From the human T2T-CHM13v2.0 reference genome, Homo sapiens, in NCBI RefSeq assembly GCF_009914755.1, contig NC_060932.1: a stretch of 64,000 nt of DNA; one strand, written 5' to 3'. Shown piece by piece: positions 1 to 14,600 of this stretch. How positions within the stretch are numbered: position 1 is the stretch's first letter; every line of letters begins with the position of its first letter. The notes below the pieces were generated by a model, which saw only the letters and a program-made list of their open reading frames with translations, searched no databases and was not told the origin of the DNA. The position numbers and the translations under genes were made by a program.

Positions 1-700
1 AGACCATAGCACTGTCATTTCTCCAATACCATATGATCTTGATTATCTTGATTGCTGTAGCTGCATTGTAAGTTTTGAAATCAGGTAAAGTGAGTCTTTT
101 GATTTTATTCTTTATAATAGTTTGGCTATTCTAGGTCCTTTCAATTTCCATATAAATTTTAAAATTGATTTGTCTTTTTTTTTTTTTGTTTTGTTTAAGA
201 TGGGGTCTCACTATGTTTTCCAGGCTGGTCTTACACTCCTGGGCTCAAGCAATCCTTCCACCTTGGCCTCCCAAAGTTATGGGTTTACAGCCATGAGCCA
301 CAGCACCCAGCCCAAGTCAAGTCTTATACAAAAAAAGCTGTCAAAATTTGTATTTGAATCTATTATTGAATCTATAGATCAATATTAAAAAGTTGATATC
401 TTAGCAATATTTTGCTTTTCTATACCTGAATATAATATATCTCTACTTTTATTTAAAGCCCCTTTACATTCTCTCATTCATAATTTATAGTTTTCAGTGT
501 AGAGGTCCCTCATGTCTTTTGTTATATGTACTCTTAACTATTTCATGAAGGTTTTTTTATACATTACTATAAATGGAAATCTTAAACTTTTTATTTTCCA
601 ATTGTTTGTGGCTACAATATGGAGATACAATAGATTTTTTAAATATTGACTTTGTAGTTTGTGACTCGGCATTATTTCTACTAGTTTTGTTTGTTAGTTT
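1..700 (-). mobile_element. Old L1M fragment (ORF2 3' region), interrupted by an Alu monomer
   Basis: Degenerate antisense L1 ORF2 motifs, e.g. gtaagttttgaaatcagg, ttggctattctaggtcc, ccatataaattttaaaatt. Confidence 0.6.
175..312 (-). mobile_element. FLAM / Alu left monomer
   Basis: T-tract then gatggggtctcactatgtt...atgagccacagcacccagcc. Confidence 0.8.
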
Positions 701-2048
701 GGATTATCTCTCTTTAACATTTAAACTTTTGACCATCTCTTTAATTTTGAAATTTTCTTTTCTCACACCTTCAGAGATTCCTTGCTAATCTGGTTCTTCT
801 TCTACTTCTGTGTTCATAACTTTGCTGGGTGCCTTTAATTTTTAATGGTCAGTTGTTTATATTTCTCAAGAATCTTTCTGTTGGCTTCCTCTCTCTTCTC
901 TCTGCCCATTTTCTTTTGTTGTTTTTCCTATCAATCCCAGGTATTCATATGGCTTCTACTATGTACGGAGAGATCTGTAGAATCCTCAAAATTCCCTTTG
1001 CTAGCACTGATGACTTCCTAACCTCCAGTCTCCCATTTTCAACTGCCTAAAAATTTAGTTCCCTCATTCTTACATTACTTCAATCTTAACACACTTCAAC
1101 CTTGAGATCATTACATGTTTTCACTCTTAGCTTTGCAAACAGACACACCTGCATTAGAATTTTGACATTGTTACCTACTAGATAGGTAACTTGGGGAATT
1201 TATTTACTGCCTCTAATGCTTTATTTTCCTCACTTTTAAAATAAGAGTAGTAATTCCAACCTCAGAGTCATGTTGATGATTATTAAATTTAATGCACAGG
1301 CATGTAGTTGTGCTTAGTAATGTTAATTCCCTTCTGCTTCCTTATTCATAATATTTTTCTTAGCTTACTATTCCCTCTTATTGCCCTATTTTATAAGTTC
1401 TTTTATTCAGGGCCAAATTCAAAATGTCAGTTCTTTAGAAAAACTTGCAATATGCTTCAGGAACCATATCTGCAATTACAGACTCAAATTTCCTTAACCT
1501 TTTTCTCCTTAGCCAATGGCATTTGCTGTTCTCAGTTTGTGGCTCTATTTAATATCTCCTAAACCAGGGCATCCAAAAGGGCAGAATTTGTGGCTGATTC
1601 ATCTTTGAACTTCCACAGCAATTGAGCAGTACTCATATCTATTTGGTACTAGGTATATTTATGTCTATGTATGCTTATGCCTGTTCCTGTATTGATCTAT
1701 ATACATAGGTATGTCCGTGTTCTCCTTGTCCTCTAGCTTTCTCTTGGGTATGGCCAATGTATATGTATAAAGAAAGGAAATATAATTTTCTTTTTCTGAA
1801 ATCTAGGTTTTGATTACCTAACATACTTTTAACATAAGCCATCTGATTACAAAAGATCTTTAAAAATTAAATTTCAGCAAAAACTTTTTATACTCATGAT
1901 CACAATAGTTGTAAACACTTGACTGAAGTAAGCTCAGAAGAGCTACAAAAAATAAATTGACACATGGCTTCTGCTAAGTTGGGCCTATATAGTGGACTCT
2001 TATTCTTGTGAGTTTCATTCATATACTTTGGTGTTTTTTTTTTTTTAG

Positions 2049-2244
2049 ATTAAAAAGTCTTACTTATATGAGTATAAATTATAACCAACTAGCCAGCATT
2101 CCTAGAGAACTTTGTTTTCTTGAGAATCTTGTTGAACTTCAACTTAACTACAATCAGCTGATATGCATACCTGAAGAGATTAAATTCTTGAAGAAGCTTC
2201 AGAAGCTTTTGCTAGCCAGAAACAACATTGGAGTTTTGCCGGAG
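2049..2244 (+). CDS. LRRC69: Internal coding exon (196 bp, phase 2 to phase 0) of a leucine-rich repeat protein
   Basis: T-tract then AG at 2047-2048; donor GAG|gtaagc at 2245. Encodes (R)LKSLTYMSINYNQLASIPRELCFLENLVELQLNYNQLICIPEEIKFLKKLQKLLLARNNIGVLPE, about three LxxLxLxxNxL repeats. The gene name comes from recall of the protein sequence. Confidence 0.93.
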
Positions 2245-2429
2245 GTAAGCAAAACATGGAACCACAGTAGTTTGCTGTTGGAGAAGAACTCAACATGATG
2301 GGAGGTGGTTATAGATTAGATTTGGGTATCTGAGTATAAGCCACCACTTGCTTTCTCTCAGATTAAATGTAGTCAGTTCCCAAATCCCTATGACAGAAGA
2401 AGGCTATAATTTGAATTATCCCACATAGC

Positions 2430-2917
<488 letters not shown>

Positions 2918-3139
2918 TGTATACAGAACAAAATACAAGTTCATTTTGGCTTTGGAATATGTACTGGCTCTCCTTTTTTCCTTCATATTCACTTTCTGTC
3001 CTGCCTTCTGCTTGGGAGACTGACCTGTGTGGGCAGCAGTGAACTTCTTTGTCCTCTGGTTTCCTCTTGGATATGGCAGATGAGAGGCACTAGCAGGAAG
3101 TGACAGGGCAGGAGGATAGCAAGTAGTTGATGGTATTCA

Positions 3140-3624
3140 TAATTATGGAGACTGAGAAGTCCTACAGCAGGCTATCTGCAAGCTGAAGACCCTGGAGTGC
3201 TGGTAATGTGGCTGAGTCCAACTCTGAAAGCCTCAGAACCAGGGAAGCAAACGGTGTAATTCTCAGTTGGAGGTCAAAGGCCTGATTACTGGGAGGTTGT
3301 GGTGGTGGCTGGAGGGGAGGGGTACTGGTGTAAATCTTAGAGTCTAAAGGCTGGAGAGCCCAGCGTTCTGAGGTCCAAGGGCAGAAGAAGAAGTGTCCTA
3401 GCTCCAGGAGAGAGAGGAAATTACATTTTTTTTTTCATCAAGTCACTAACTGATAGGATGGTGCCCAGCAACAGTGAACATGTATCTTTCCCACCCCTTC
3501 TACTGACTCACACACCCATCTCCTCTAGAAACAACCTCACACAGACACACCCAAAATAAAGCTTTACCAGCATTGTAGGTATTCCTTAATCCAGTCAAGT
3601 TGACACCTAAAATTAACCATCACA
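3140..3624 (-). mobile_element. MLT2-type (ERVL) LTR
   Basis: attatggagactgagaagtcc ... ccagtcaagttgacacctaaaattaaccatcaca terminus. Confidence 0.7.
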
Positions 3625-4606
3625 CTAGACTTCTTATAGTTCTATCCCAAACAACTGTTTGCTCTTAATGGAACATCATTTGTTCCAAATAACTCAGAGA
3701 ATCTCAGCTTAAACTTCACTTTTTCCAGGAAGCCTTTCCTGACCTCCTAATACCAAATTTTCCATATATCACTGTTTCCTTAACCCTTCGTAACACTTCT
3801 CATTCTCATAGCACAACTTTGTCCTTGCCTATTTGTGAGTTTTTAAACCTTCATTGAATACTTGTGAGGGGTATACACATGCAAAGATTTGAAAAAGACA
3901 GCAACAAATATCAACAGCAATAATAGTGGCAGTCATGGCAGCAAAAACAAACAAATGAAAATGCAAGAGTCGACAGCAACGGAAGTAATGCTATGAAGTG
4001 TTTTCAAGTAGGGTGGAAGCCCTTATATCATAACATGAGATACTGAAGGAACACATTGGAGTCTGAAAATCTCTGCAGCTAAAACAATACAAAGGAGAGT
4101 ATCATGGCAATGGAAGACTATGTAGGACTTAAGAAGAGGACTCCCTTCAAGGATTTGCTGCCTAGCTGTAGGGAATGGGGATTGCAGACAGCCTCTAGCT
4201 GTTAGCTCTTTCAGTAACTTAAGTAATCCATTCAACAACCGTATGACTTAAGGGCTTCTATTAGCATTTTCATTTTACAAATAAAGAAATTGAAGTACAA
4301 AGCAATTAAGAAATTTGCCCATAGTTATAGTACCTGCCAGAGGTGAGATTTCAACCTAGATGTAGTGTAACTCACAGTGGCCATGTTATGTTGCCCTGGA
4401 GTGGTCAGAGGAAATGAAGAATTCAAAGAGCTGGCAGTCCAGGATATGGGGGTCTGCTCGGGAAGATGTGCTGAAGAATTGGTCAGTACAGTGATTAGAA
4501 AAGATGGCCACCTTCATCATGTTGGAGCTTTAAAAAAATTTATGATTTTCCTTATGATTTTAAATATTAGATTTAAAAAATCTCTCTCTTCTGTTTTCTG
4601 ACACAG

Positions 4607-4678
4607 GAACTTTGTGATCTTAAAAAACTAAGAATCCTAGACATAGCTGGAAATATTATTCAGATATTTCCATCAGGA
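4607..4678 (+). CDS. LRRC69: Internal coding exon (72 bp, phase 0-0), about one LRR unit; too short for the ORF track
   Basis: Pyrimidine tract tctctctcttctgttttctgacacag|GAA; encodes ELCDLKKLRILDIAGNIIQIFPSG; donor GGA|gtaagt at 4679; in frame with the preceding exon. Confidence 0.93.
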
Positions 4679-5429
4679 GTAAGTAGAGTCAACTTCCATT
4701 ATAATTGAAAAATAATTTTGTTTATGCTATTGGGAATAGAAAAAATATGGGCAGACAGTAAAACCTGTAGTAATTGAAACCTTAAATTATACAAATGACT
4801 CAAAGATTTGCTTTTAGAATTTCAAAACCTGTTCTCTCCTGTTTTTTTCTTTGTGTTCTGTGCCTGCTGAACTTGTTTGAACTAAGTTAACTCTGATTGC
4901 TATCACAAATATTTTAATATATCAGCTATGATTAAATTTTTTGGTTATTACACACTGCTTTTGGTCACCTCTGGCTTTTTGAAAATATTACTTTCTGGAG
5001 CATAAATTTTTATCCCTTGTAATTAATCCAAAGGTGACACTTTTGTTAGTCATTTTTAGGCCATAAACAATGAAAAATGCACTTTTTTCTCATTTGAAAA
5101 TGAATTTTGACCTCATTTTATTTCAAATATGGAGAAACCGTTTGTCTTGGCAACTCCTAACTTTTGAGAAAGAAATGTCAGTTTTTCCTATTGCATTTTT
5201 ATATCCAATTGAACATGCTTAAACATTCATGGTAATAATGAGAAGTCCATCTATCCAGAAGGTATTCAATGAATAGTTGTTGACCCATTAATTATTTTTC
5301 CTGATTTATCCCCTCTAAATTGAGGTTTCAGTCTTTTTTTACCTCCTAGAGCAATATTTTATACTGAAGGTAATTCAAATATAAAAAAATGAGTGTAAAG
5401 TCTATGTTTTAGAAAAAAGTATAGTTTTT

Positions 5430-6080
5430 AAATTGTGGCAAAATATACACAACATAAAATTTACCATTTTAATCATTTCTACTTGTATAGTCCACGGTAC
5501 TAAGTACTTTCACATTGTTGCACAACCATCAGCATTATCCATCTCTAGAACCTGTTCATCTTCTCCAGCTGAAACTCTGTATCCATTCAACTCCAACTCC
5601 CCATTCCCTTTGTACACCTATTTTAGAAGTTCCTATAAATACTTTGAAATAAGATCTTTCCCCCCTTCATGGCAACCACATATCTACTATATATCTCTGA
5701 ATTTGACTACTCTAGGTACTCTAGGTACCAGATAAGTGGAACCAGATATTTGTCCTTTTACCACTGACTTATTTCACTTAGTAAAATATGACTAACATTA
5801 ATTTATCTTATACCATGTGTCAGAGTTTCTTTCCTTTTTAAGGCTGAATAATATTCAGTTGTATGTATATACCACATTTTGTCTATCCACAGGTATCTGC
5901 CCACCTGTGGGACCTTGGGCTGTTTTCTCATTTTGGCTATTACTGCAATGAGCATGGGTATACAAATATTTGTTCTTTATCTGCTTTCAGTTCCTCTGGG
6001 AATATCCTTAGATGAAATTGTTGAATCATATGGTAATTCTATGTTTAATTTTTTAAGGAATCACCACAGTGTTTCCAAAA
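5430..6080 (-). mobile_element. L1MB-type 3' end
   Basis: tgtggcaaaatatacacaacataaaatttaccatttt...; ttccttttt aaggctgaataatatt; catatggtaattctatgtttaatttttt. Confidence 0.75.
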
Positions 6081-6196
6081 ATGTGTAGATTTGAATGTTT
6101 AGTAAAAATTGGATATTGTTAATATTGACCTTGAAAATGTGACATGGTTTTATTTACCCTCTGTGTCTTAATTTAACTCTCTATGTCCTGCGATGC

Positions 6197-6290
6197 CTTC
6201 TGGTGCCACTTCTTCTATGGTACCCCTGGTGCCACTGCTACTTCTATGGTATCTTCTGGTGCCACGTTTTCTACGGTATTTCTATGGTAT
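6197..6290. repeat. Degenerate tandem repeat, ~27-29 bp unit x3
   Basis: (ctt)ctggtgccac(n)ttctatggta repeated three times plus a partial ttctatggta. Confidence 0.8.
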
Positions 6291-7709
6291 GCTTGAGCAA
6301 CATAATGGAGTAATTCATTTCAAGTCTTTCTTGCTTTTGGATGGTAAACTTCCAGAGAAAGAATACTCTTTTTTTCCTCTATACCTGCAGTGTCTTGAAT
6401 TTTAACTCAATAAGTGTTTGTTAAATGAATAAATCTAACTGATGTTCTTAAACTTCATTTATTATTCACCTTTCACCTTCGTAGTCTGTTAATTGACCGT
6501 TTCTTCTATGAAGTGATTCTGTACTTAACAATTTTGATAAAACATAATTACTTAGGTCCCAATAATTTGGAGTAATTTTGACAGGTCTGAGTTGGTTTCA
6601 TCTGTGTAGTACCTATTTCAGGAATTTCTATAAACACTCTCACATAAGATGATCTGCAAACTCATCTGAGCTTTGGTCCAACCATTTCAAATTATTTTGG
6701 TTCAACTGATTCAAAATCAAAGTTTCCCACATTAAAAATATGGCACAACTGGTGGACCTAGAGGAGAAATGACCGACTCTAGGTCACACAATGATTATCA
6801 GTGAAAGAGAGTAAGTTTCAAAATAATGGTAGAGAACATTCAAAACAAGCCATGCTTTTTGTGAAACACAGTAGTGTAGACATGAATAACATAGACTTTG
6901 GAGTCATATACACATGGATTTAAAGCATTAATTTCCTATTTTCTAAATTCGTAATCTCAAACAAGTTGCTTCATTTCTCAGAGTTGCTATTTCTTCATCT
7001 ATATAACGACAATATTAAAACCACTAACCTCATAAGGTTGTTATGTCAAATAGTGATTATGAAGCATTTTGTGCATAGTTGGTTTCCAGGAATAGAAACT
7101 ATTATATGTTGTGTATAAAATATATACCAATAATGAAATACTAATAAGTAATATATAATTATAGCAATCATCTACTCTCTACTGGTGATGATAGGAAGCA
7201 TTAACCTTGTGAAGTACATTTTTAAAAACCTTTTTTAACTATGAGAATATTCAAACATATATAAAAACAGACAGAAAAGCAAAATAAAGCTCTGTGTACC
7301 CATTACTTTTAAGTGTACTCTTAACTCAAAGATTTGAAACTGCATTGTGCATAAGTGCCTTTGAATAGTTTATTTTACTGCCTTATAACTACTTTTTAAA
7401 ATAGGTATTTATTTAAGAGTGTTTTGCTATTTTATGATTTAAATAAATTTGGTGTGCAATTTAGAAAATGCAATTTTTTTCAGAGCAGTATTTTTTTTTT
7501 TTTGAAATTCACATGGCATTTGAACATTTGAAACTGTATTTGCACTAGGACTTTTGTATACGAATATACATTAAATGTAAATTTACAGTAAAAAATTGGA
7601 CTATTATAAATATTTGTTCATATGTGTTGGATCAAAAGAGTTTCTGTGTTATTTAGTTCCTAAGAAAAAATCTGGCATGACCACATAGTGAATTAATTGT
7701 TTCAGAAAT

Positions 7710-8002
7710 GGCCAGATATGGTGGCTCACGGCTGCAATCCCAGCATTTCGGGAGGCTGTGGCGGGAGGATTGCTTTTGATTCCATGAGTTCAAGATCAGC
7801 CTGGACAACATGGTGAAACCCCTATCTCTACAAAACAAACAAACCACCAAAAAAATTAGCTGGGTTTAGTGGTACACCCTGTGGTCCCAGTTACTTGAGG
7901 TGAAAGTATCACTCAAGCCTGGGAGGTAGAGGTTGCAGTAAGCTGAGATCATACTCCAGCCTGGGCAACACAGTGAGACCCTGTCTTGAAAAAAAAAAAA
8001 AG
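7710..8002 (+). mobile_element. AluJ
   Basis: Diverged dimer with A tail; short TSD agaaat. Confidence 0.85.
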
Positions 8003-8198
8003 AAATATCTTGGTTCTTTTATGAACATGTAGTCAGATCTGCTACAGAGAGACTTTAGTTTCTTTCCTTACCTCTTTTTTCCTTTCTTTTATTTTAACTT
8101 AAAAAAATAAAACTTAAAAATTTTGTAAGTTGTACAACTTCTGCATGTTTCTTAAAATGTGAAGCAAAACAAAAGTATGGAATAAAAATAAAAGTTTC

Positions 8199-8602
8199 GG
8201 CCGGGTGCAGTGGCTCACGCCTGTAATCCCAGCACTTTGGGAGGCCGAGGCGGGTGGATCACGAGGTCAGGAGATCGAGACCATCCTGGCTAACACAGTT
8301 AAACCCCATCTCTACTAAAAATACAAAAAAATTAGCAGGGCGTGGTGGCGGGTGCCTGCAGTCCCAGCTACTCCCAGCTAATTTTGTATTTTTAGTAGAG
8401 ACGGAGTTTCTCCATGTTGGTCAGGCTGGTTGCGAACTCCTGACCTGAGGTGATCCGCCCACTTCGGCCTCTCAAAGTGCTAGGATTACAGGCGTATGTA
8501 CAGGAGAATGGTGTGAACCCGGGAGGCGGAGCTTGCAGTGAGCCGAGATTGCACCACTGCACTCCAGCCTGGGCGACAGAGTAAGACTCCGTCTCAAAAA
8601 AA
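8199..8602 (+). mobile_element. AluY carrying an internal 124-bp inverted Alu segment
   Basis: AluY diagnostics (gagatcgagaccatcctggctaacac; gagcttgcagtg); TSD aaagtttc at both ends; antisense insert 8373-8496. Confidence 0.9.
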
Positions 8603-8744
8603 GAAAGTTTCCGTTCCAGGACCTCTTCATGTGTGTTTTTAGAAAAGCCTGTTAAAACATTTTTTTCACACGATACTATGTCTGGATTGGTTTCATTATA
8701 TTTAATTTCCCAGTATGATTTTTCTTTCTAAAAAAGTACCATCT

Positions 8745-9050
<306 letters not shown>

Positions 9051-9542
9051 GTACTATCCAAGTATTCTCCATAAGGCATTATCAATGTATCAATAGCAGA
9101 AAGATCAGCGAGAGAAAGCAAAACTCTGGGGGCTATTTTGATCTGATCTATCTATCATTGCACAATTTTAGAACATTCTCAGTTTTCTCACATACAATTT
9201 TTTGATACCTAATTCCTGTCTGAGACATACCAAATTATTTATTGTATTAGTTTGCAAGTGTCCTCTGCTTCTTGAATGAATGGGTATTAAGATTTAAGAT
9301 GTTGTCTTCATTTATCCTTTTGTAAGTAGCATTTTTCTGGTAATTCATTCATTGTAGAAAATAAGTAAATAAGTATAGAAAGAGTAAAATGTAAGGTGTC
9401 TTTAAGTTTACCTTCCAGAGACTACACTTTATTGTTTTCTTCAAGAATCTCATTTTTATATTCTCATTAAAAAAATTCAATGTATACTGCATAAAGAAAT
9501 ACGTGTCTTGCTTTGTCATTTTCATTTAACATTATATATTAA

Positions 9543-9889
<347 letters not shown>

Positions 9890-10159
9890 TCAATATGTGA
9901 TTTTTAATCATTGGGTGTTCTTCTACCTTTTCTTTATCGTGTGTTCACTTTTTCTGACATTTTTATTTATTGCTGGAATTAGAATTGGATTTTGAATGAA
10001 CAAGCCTTTGAGAACAAGGATGATCTGAAATAAAATGTCTTTTATTTGTATCTGTCTTTCAGAGAATAACATATCTGAAGTATGGCCTTTAGTGGACACT
10101 GGACAATTTATGGCAACACTGTCGGTTGTTCAGTTAGTGCAGGAAACAGTGATGCTTGT

Positions 10160-10390
10160 TTTATTAGTTTCCTGAGGCTGCTATAGCAAAATATCACAAA
10201 CTGGGGCTTAAAGGACATGTCTTTGTTTTCTCTTCTTAGAAGGATACCAGTCCTTGGATTGTGGCCCACTCTAATCCATATGACCTCATTTTAACTAGTT
10301 ACATCTGCAAAGACTCTGTTTCCAAATAAAGTCACATTCTGAGGTTCAGGGTGGATATGAATCTTGGAGGACACTATTTAACCCATTATA
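10160..10390 (-). mobile_element. MLT1 (MaLR) LTR, internally deleted
   Basis: tattagtttcctgaggctgctatagcaaaatatcacaaactgggg ... ggacactatttaaccc. Confidence 0.65.
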
Positions 10391-11468
10391 CTTGATAGAA
10401 CATTGAGTTTATTACTCTATTTGGCATCTGCAAGGGCAATTGATATAAACCTCCTTGATGAGGTTTATATGACTTTCCAATTCCATAAACAATTACTGAG
10501 TACCTTCTCTGTTGCCAAGCTCTCTTCTAATCTGGGGAAGTAAATGAAGAAATATGGATGTTGCTGTATAGAAACTTTGGAATTTGTGTTTGAAGAAATC
10601 TCTAAACATTGAAGTGGAACCTGGAGATATCATAAGAACAAGATAAATATGTGATTTTTAATGATGTACAGAAATTTAAAATGAGAAAAATCAAAGAAAC
10701 TGGCATGAATTAGCTTGAACAAAGATGCAAGTCAGCTAGGTGGTAATTTCATTGTTGAGTTCAAAATAATAAGGGGAAAGTGACCTGTTGCCTTCATAAC
10801 TTTTGATGATGGGGAAAGAAAAAACATTATTATTTGCTGCTGAAGGGTTTTGGATAGGCTATCATCGTGGGATTTCTGGGAAGAAAGGATTACTAATATC
10901 TTTCTTTAGGTCAGAAAACTCAGTCTATGAAGTAGTTGTGATTCAGTCTTTTCAACAGAAAAAAAAGTAAATTATTGAAATTTTATATTTCCTTTGAAAC
11001 AGTTTTTATTTTAATCTTTTAGTCACAGGTCTTCTTTCTCTAGCTCCTCTTTCCCTCAGGAGCCCCGTTATTTTTCAAACTGCAATCATTTGAAGAAAAA
11101 GATGACCTGACAAAAGCAAGAAAAAGTTTTAATGATCATCACCAGGGAGCATCATGAGTTTTGTGTTTGATGTGAAGTTCATAACAAAATATCATATATA
11201 AAATATTGCAGACCAAATAGAAAACTTCACATTTAAATAAGCTCTTAGAATCCTCCGTTAGCAATCTATCTAACAACCTGTACTATTATGACTACTTTTC
11301 AAATTCACAAAAAGTTATCTTTCTGGATGAATACTTTGCTGTTATCTAAAAATTTGCAAGTTATCAAATCTATTTGTTATTGAATAATTCCTTGAAGAAG
11401 ACAGATTTGGTATCATTATTCCTGTTTGGAGCTGAGGATATTGAGGCTCCAGAGTAGTTTGTCCGCAG

Positions 11469-11653
11469 CAGTGACCCTCAAACTTGAATGTGCATCAGAA
11501 TCCCCTGGATGCCTTCTTAAAACCCAGAAGGCTAGGCCCTCCTTCTAGGATTTCTGAGTCAGTAGGCTGGGGATCCCACAGGTTTGCATTTCTGTTATGT
11601 TCTTTGGTAATGCTGATGCTGTAAGTCCAGGAACTACACTTGGAAAACCATTG
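11469..11653. mobile_element. MER5A
   Basis: cagtgaccctcaaacttgaatgtgcatcagaatc ... acacttggaaaaccattg terminal inverted repeats. Confidence 0.75.
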
Positions 11654-14600
11654 GCCTAAATGATGGAACAGTGGCAGAGGTTGAACTTGCACTCAAGACT
11701 TTTGGCTACACTGTCAGGACTCCTTCTGCCTCTGAGGAATCCATTCTTTGTCCCAGGTTGGGGCAGTCTCTGTCATGCTATACAAATAAGGCATTTCTTT
11801 GAGCTCACTGGGAGTTTGGGTTCTGAGAATTTCACTGTGTCCTTGACTAAAATGATACTCAAGGAACATTCTTTGGACAATAGAATTCTTGTATACTCTG
11901 AAAAATATTTCACATAGAAACTAGGATTTTGGTATGTGAACACAAGGAATGCCTATATAGTTGGAGGCTGAGTTTTATATGTTGTTTAATTCGGTTAGCC
12001 TTACTTCTTTTTAGCCACACTGTGGATGTACTCGGTGCATATATGCCACGGACAAAACTTCTTAAACATTTATTCATCAGCCAATCTAAAATTGGAGAGA
12101 TTTTTTAGCATGTGAATTTAACACTAAATTTTATTTTGGAGAAATTTGGGGAAGGCCAAATCTTTACCATGTTACTTTCGTTTCTGAGTTTTGTCTTTTT
12201 AAAGTTCACCCTTTGCCTTGGGTGGTTATAGTTTGGGAGTGAAACTCAAGTGTAGCTAAAACATTTACAAGGATACAAATAAATGTGACAACTTATGAGA
12301 AAGTGCTTTGCTAAGAGTAGACACTTAAGAAATGTGCTTAAAAAGATGTAAATTATACCCAATGCTACATTTTCCACAGTCACTGCTTTCTTTCAGTTTC
12401 AAATTCATGATTTAACATTCATGTGAATCTGTAGCTTCCATAAACACATTCTGTGTCAGAGTTAAGAATCTTAAGTATTTGTATATCCCTAAGGTTTGTA
12501 GGCACATACTGTTTTTATAAGAAAAAAAACATAAAGCGGGAAAGCCTCATACAATGTTGTCATGAGAAAAAGTATGCTTGGACTATTTATGGGAAATCAT
12601 AGTTATAGCACCTATTCCGTTTCATCAATGCCCCTTTTTTCCTTCAAGAATTCTTTAGAGTTATCATAAATAAAATTTGAGAATACTGAAAGCAGTTTCC
12701 TCTTTTACAGTATGAGAAACACAGGAGGAAAAAAAAATGGAAGCAACTTTCCCAGAAATACAAATCATTTGAATAGTGAGGAGAAGGTTTGAATCCATTT
12801 TTCCCAAACAAAAATTAAATTTGCCTAGCTTAACAATGTACCCATTGTGTGACCTTGGAGAGGTAACTCCATTACTCTATGTCTCACTTTTTTCCTCTTT
12901 AAGTTGGGGATATTAATAACACTTGTATACATCACATTGTTAGGAAAGTGTCTCACATAACATTTGGTGGTCAGTAATGATAGAATGAATGAATAATTAA
13001 ATGAGATAATGTATATGAATTCTTATTAGTGTTTGGCACATGACAGATATTGAATGTTATTTTCTTGTCATTTTAAGGTTTGGTCTGAGATACCTGCCCC
13101 TCAATCCACCCCAAATTTTGGGGTGTCTCTGAAGGCTTTCAAAGCCATGAGATCACCTGAATGGTTCTAATTCGTAACTGTTACTGTAACCAACTGATCT
13201 GTACCCAAGGGTGTACAAGGGTGGCTGGTTTCAGCAGTGCACTCTGCTTTCTATTCCCCATGTTGTCTTTGCCCCTGTTCCAGGTTATTTTCCTCTGCAG
13301 ATTCCTTTACATTCTTTAGGCTTACCTTCCTTGGGCAACAAAACAGAACCAATAAACTATCTCCCTGAAGGGGGTCTCCTTTCCCTGGCTCCTTGCCTTT
13401 GGTTTTCTGTTTATTTCTGTCTTACCCTTTCCCTCTCCCTTGTGGCTCATTTGGTTTGTTTGCCAGACCAGATTCCTCTGGAAATAGGACCTCTCATTAC
13501 TGAATTCCCTTTTTCTTAGACACTTCACTTAACTCGTTGCCTACTACTTATCCTGACGTCTCTTCTTTTCTTGGATATTTTTAATTTAAAAGGATTTCTC
13601 TTTTTATACCCAATGATGAATGATTTTGATCCACACCAGTCTAAGCATATCTTGCTATGGTGTCCTTGGTTCCAGACACATGCCTGATATCTAGCATGGT
13701 ACATACCCTGGTTTACTGTCACTCTCTGTCTGTTACTTGTCTAATTCAAATACTACCGGTATCTTTTGTTAGTACATAAATATTTTTTGTGCTTAATACA
13801 AAATCAAGTGAAGAAAACCATTTTATTTTTGGATGATTCTCATTTCCAAATGAATTCATCTGCCTTCAATAGAATGATTTCCATATATGAGCAGTAACAC
13901 AAATATGTGCACATACAGACAAGCATTCCTAGGGAGACCATTTAGTTTTGCATTAACAGAAATATTTCTGTGAAATTGATTGAACACTTGGAGAATGTCT
14001 ATTTCAAATTTAAACATGTCCATGATCAAAAATGTCCTTAAGTGGTCCAGAAAGTGCAATACAATTGTGGGAAAGAAACTCCTTGGGAAAGTGAAATTGT
14101 GGTTTGCCTTGTATCAAAACTCCTATCAAAACTTTTGAAACTCTTTTGCAAGATGGTAGAAAATAGCCTAAAAGTTTAAAAGTGATACACAGGGAAAGGT
14201 CCATAAAGCTGTGGTCAAGAACATCCCTGAATATCTCCACAATATAGTGATTTCCTTGGAACTATCCACTTTGCTCAAATAGCCATGAGAAATTCCAGTT
14301 GGCTGCCTCATCCCCATTGTTGTTCTGCCTCTTTTGATTAGCAGCATTAGAGATCCACTTTATTCTTGTTCCCATATGAATAGTTTATTTTCTCTGTTTA
14401 ATGTTAAGGAAAAGTATACCCTATTCTTGAAGCTCTTTAAATGCCTCTCTAAAATTTGACCTTGATTTTAAAATAGTATAATTTTCTTTGGTTGTCAGTG
14501 CTGCTTTCAGTGGCTCAGTTTATTAGGAGCCATACATTTAAAACAACATTCACTGACCTTTTAAAAAATGGGAAACAAGCCAATGCTATTCTAATGGAAA

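Noticed and set aside
2008-2298. 96-aa ORF as a standalone LRR gene
   Set aside because: It is the 2049-2244 exon plus intronic read-through on both sides.
6197-6290. Repeat-spacer-like pattern resembling a CRISPR array
   Set aside because: The context is eukaryotic, there are no unique spacers of constant length, and there are no cas genes. It is a degenerate tandem repeat.
8373-8496. Ordinary Alu-into-Alu retrotransposition
   Set aside because: The insert has no A tail or TSD, is a left-arm-only internal piece, accompanies a host deletion, and is identical to the adjacent older AluSp.
13850-14350. Repeat-poor stretch with protein-looking frames on both strands (possible decayed exon or ancient element)
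   Set aside because: Stops interrupt the frames I translated and I recognise no family or splice structure. A tBLASTx or phyloP check would be needed to revive it.
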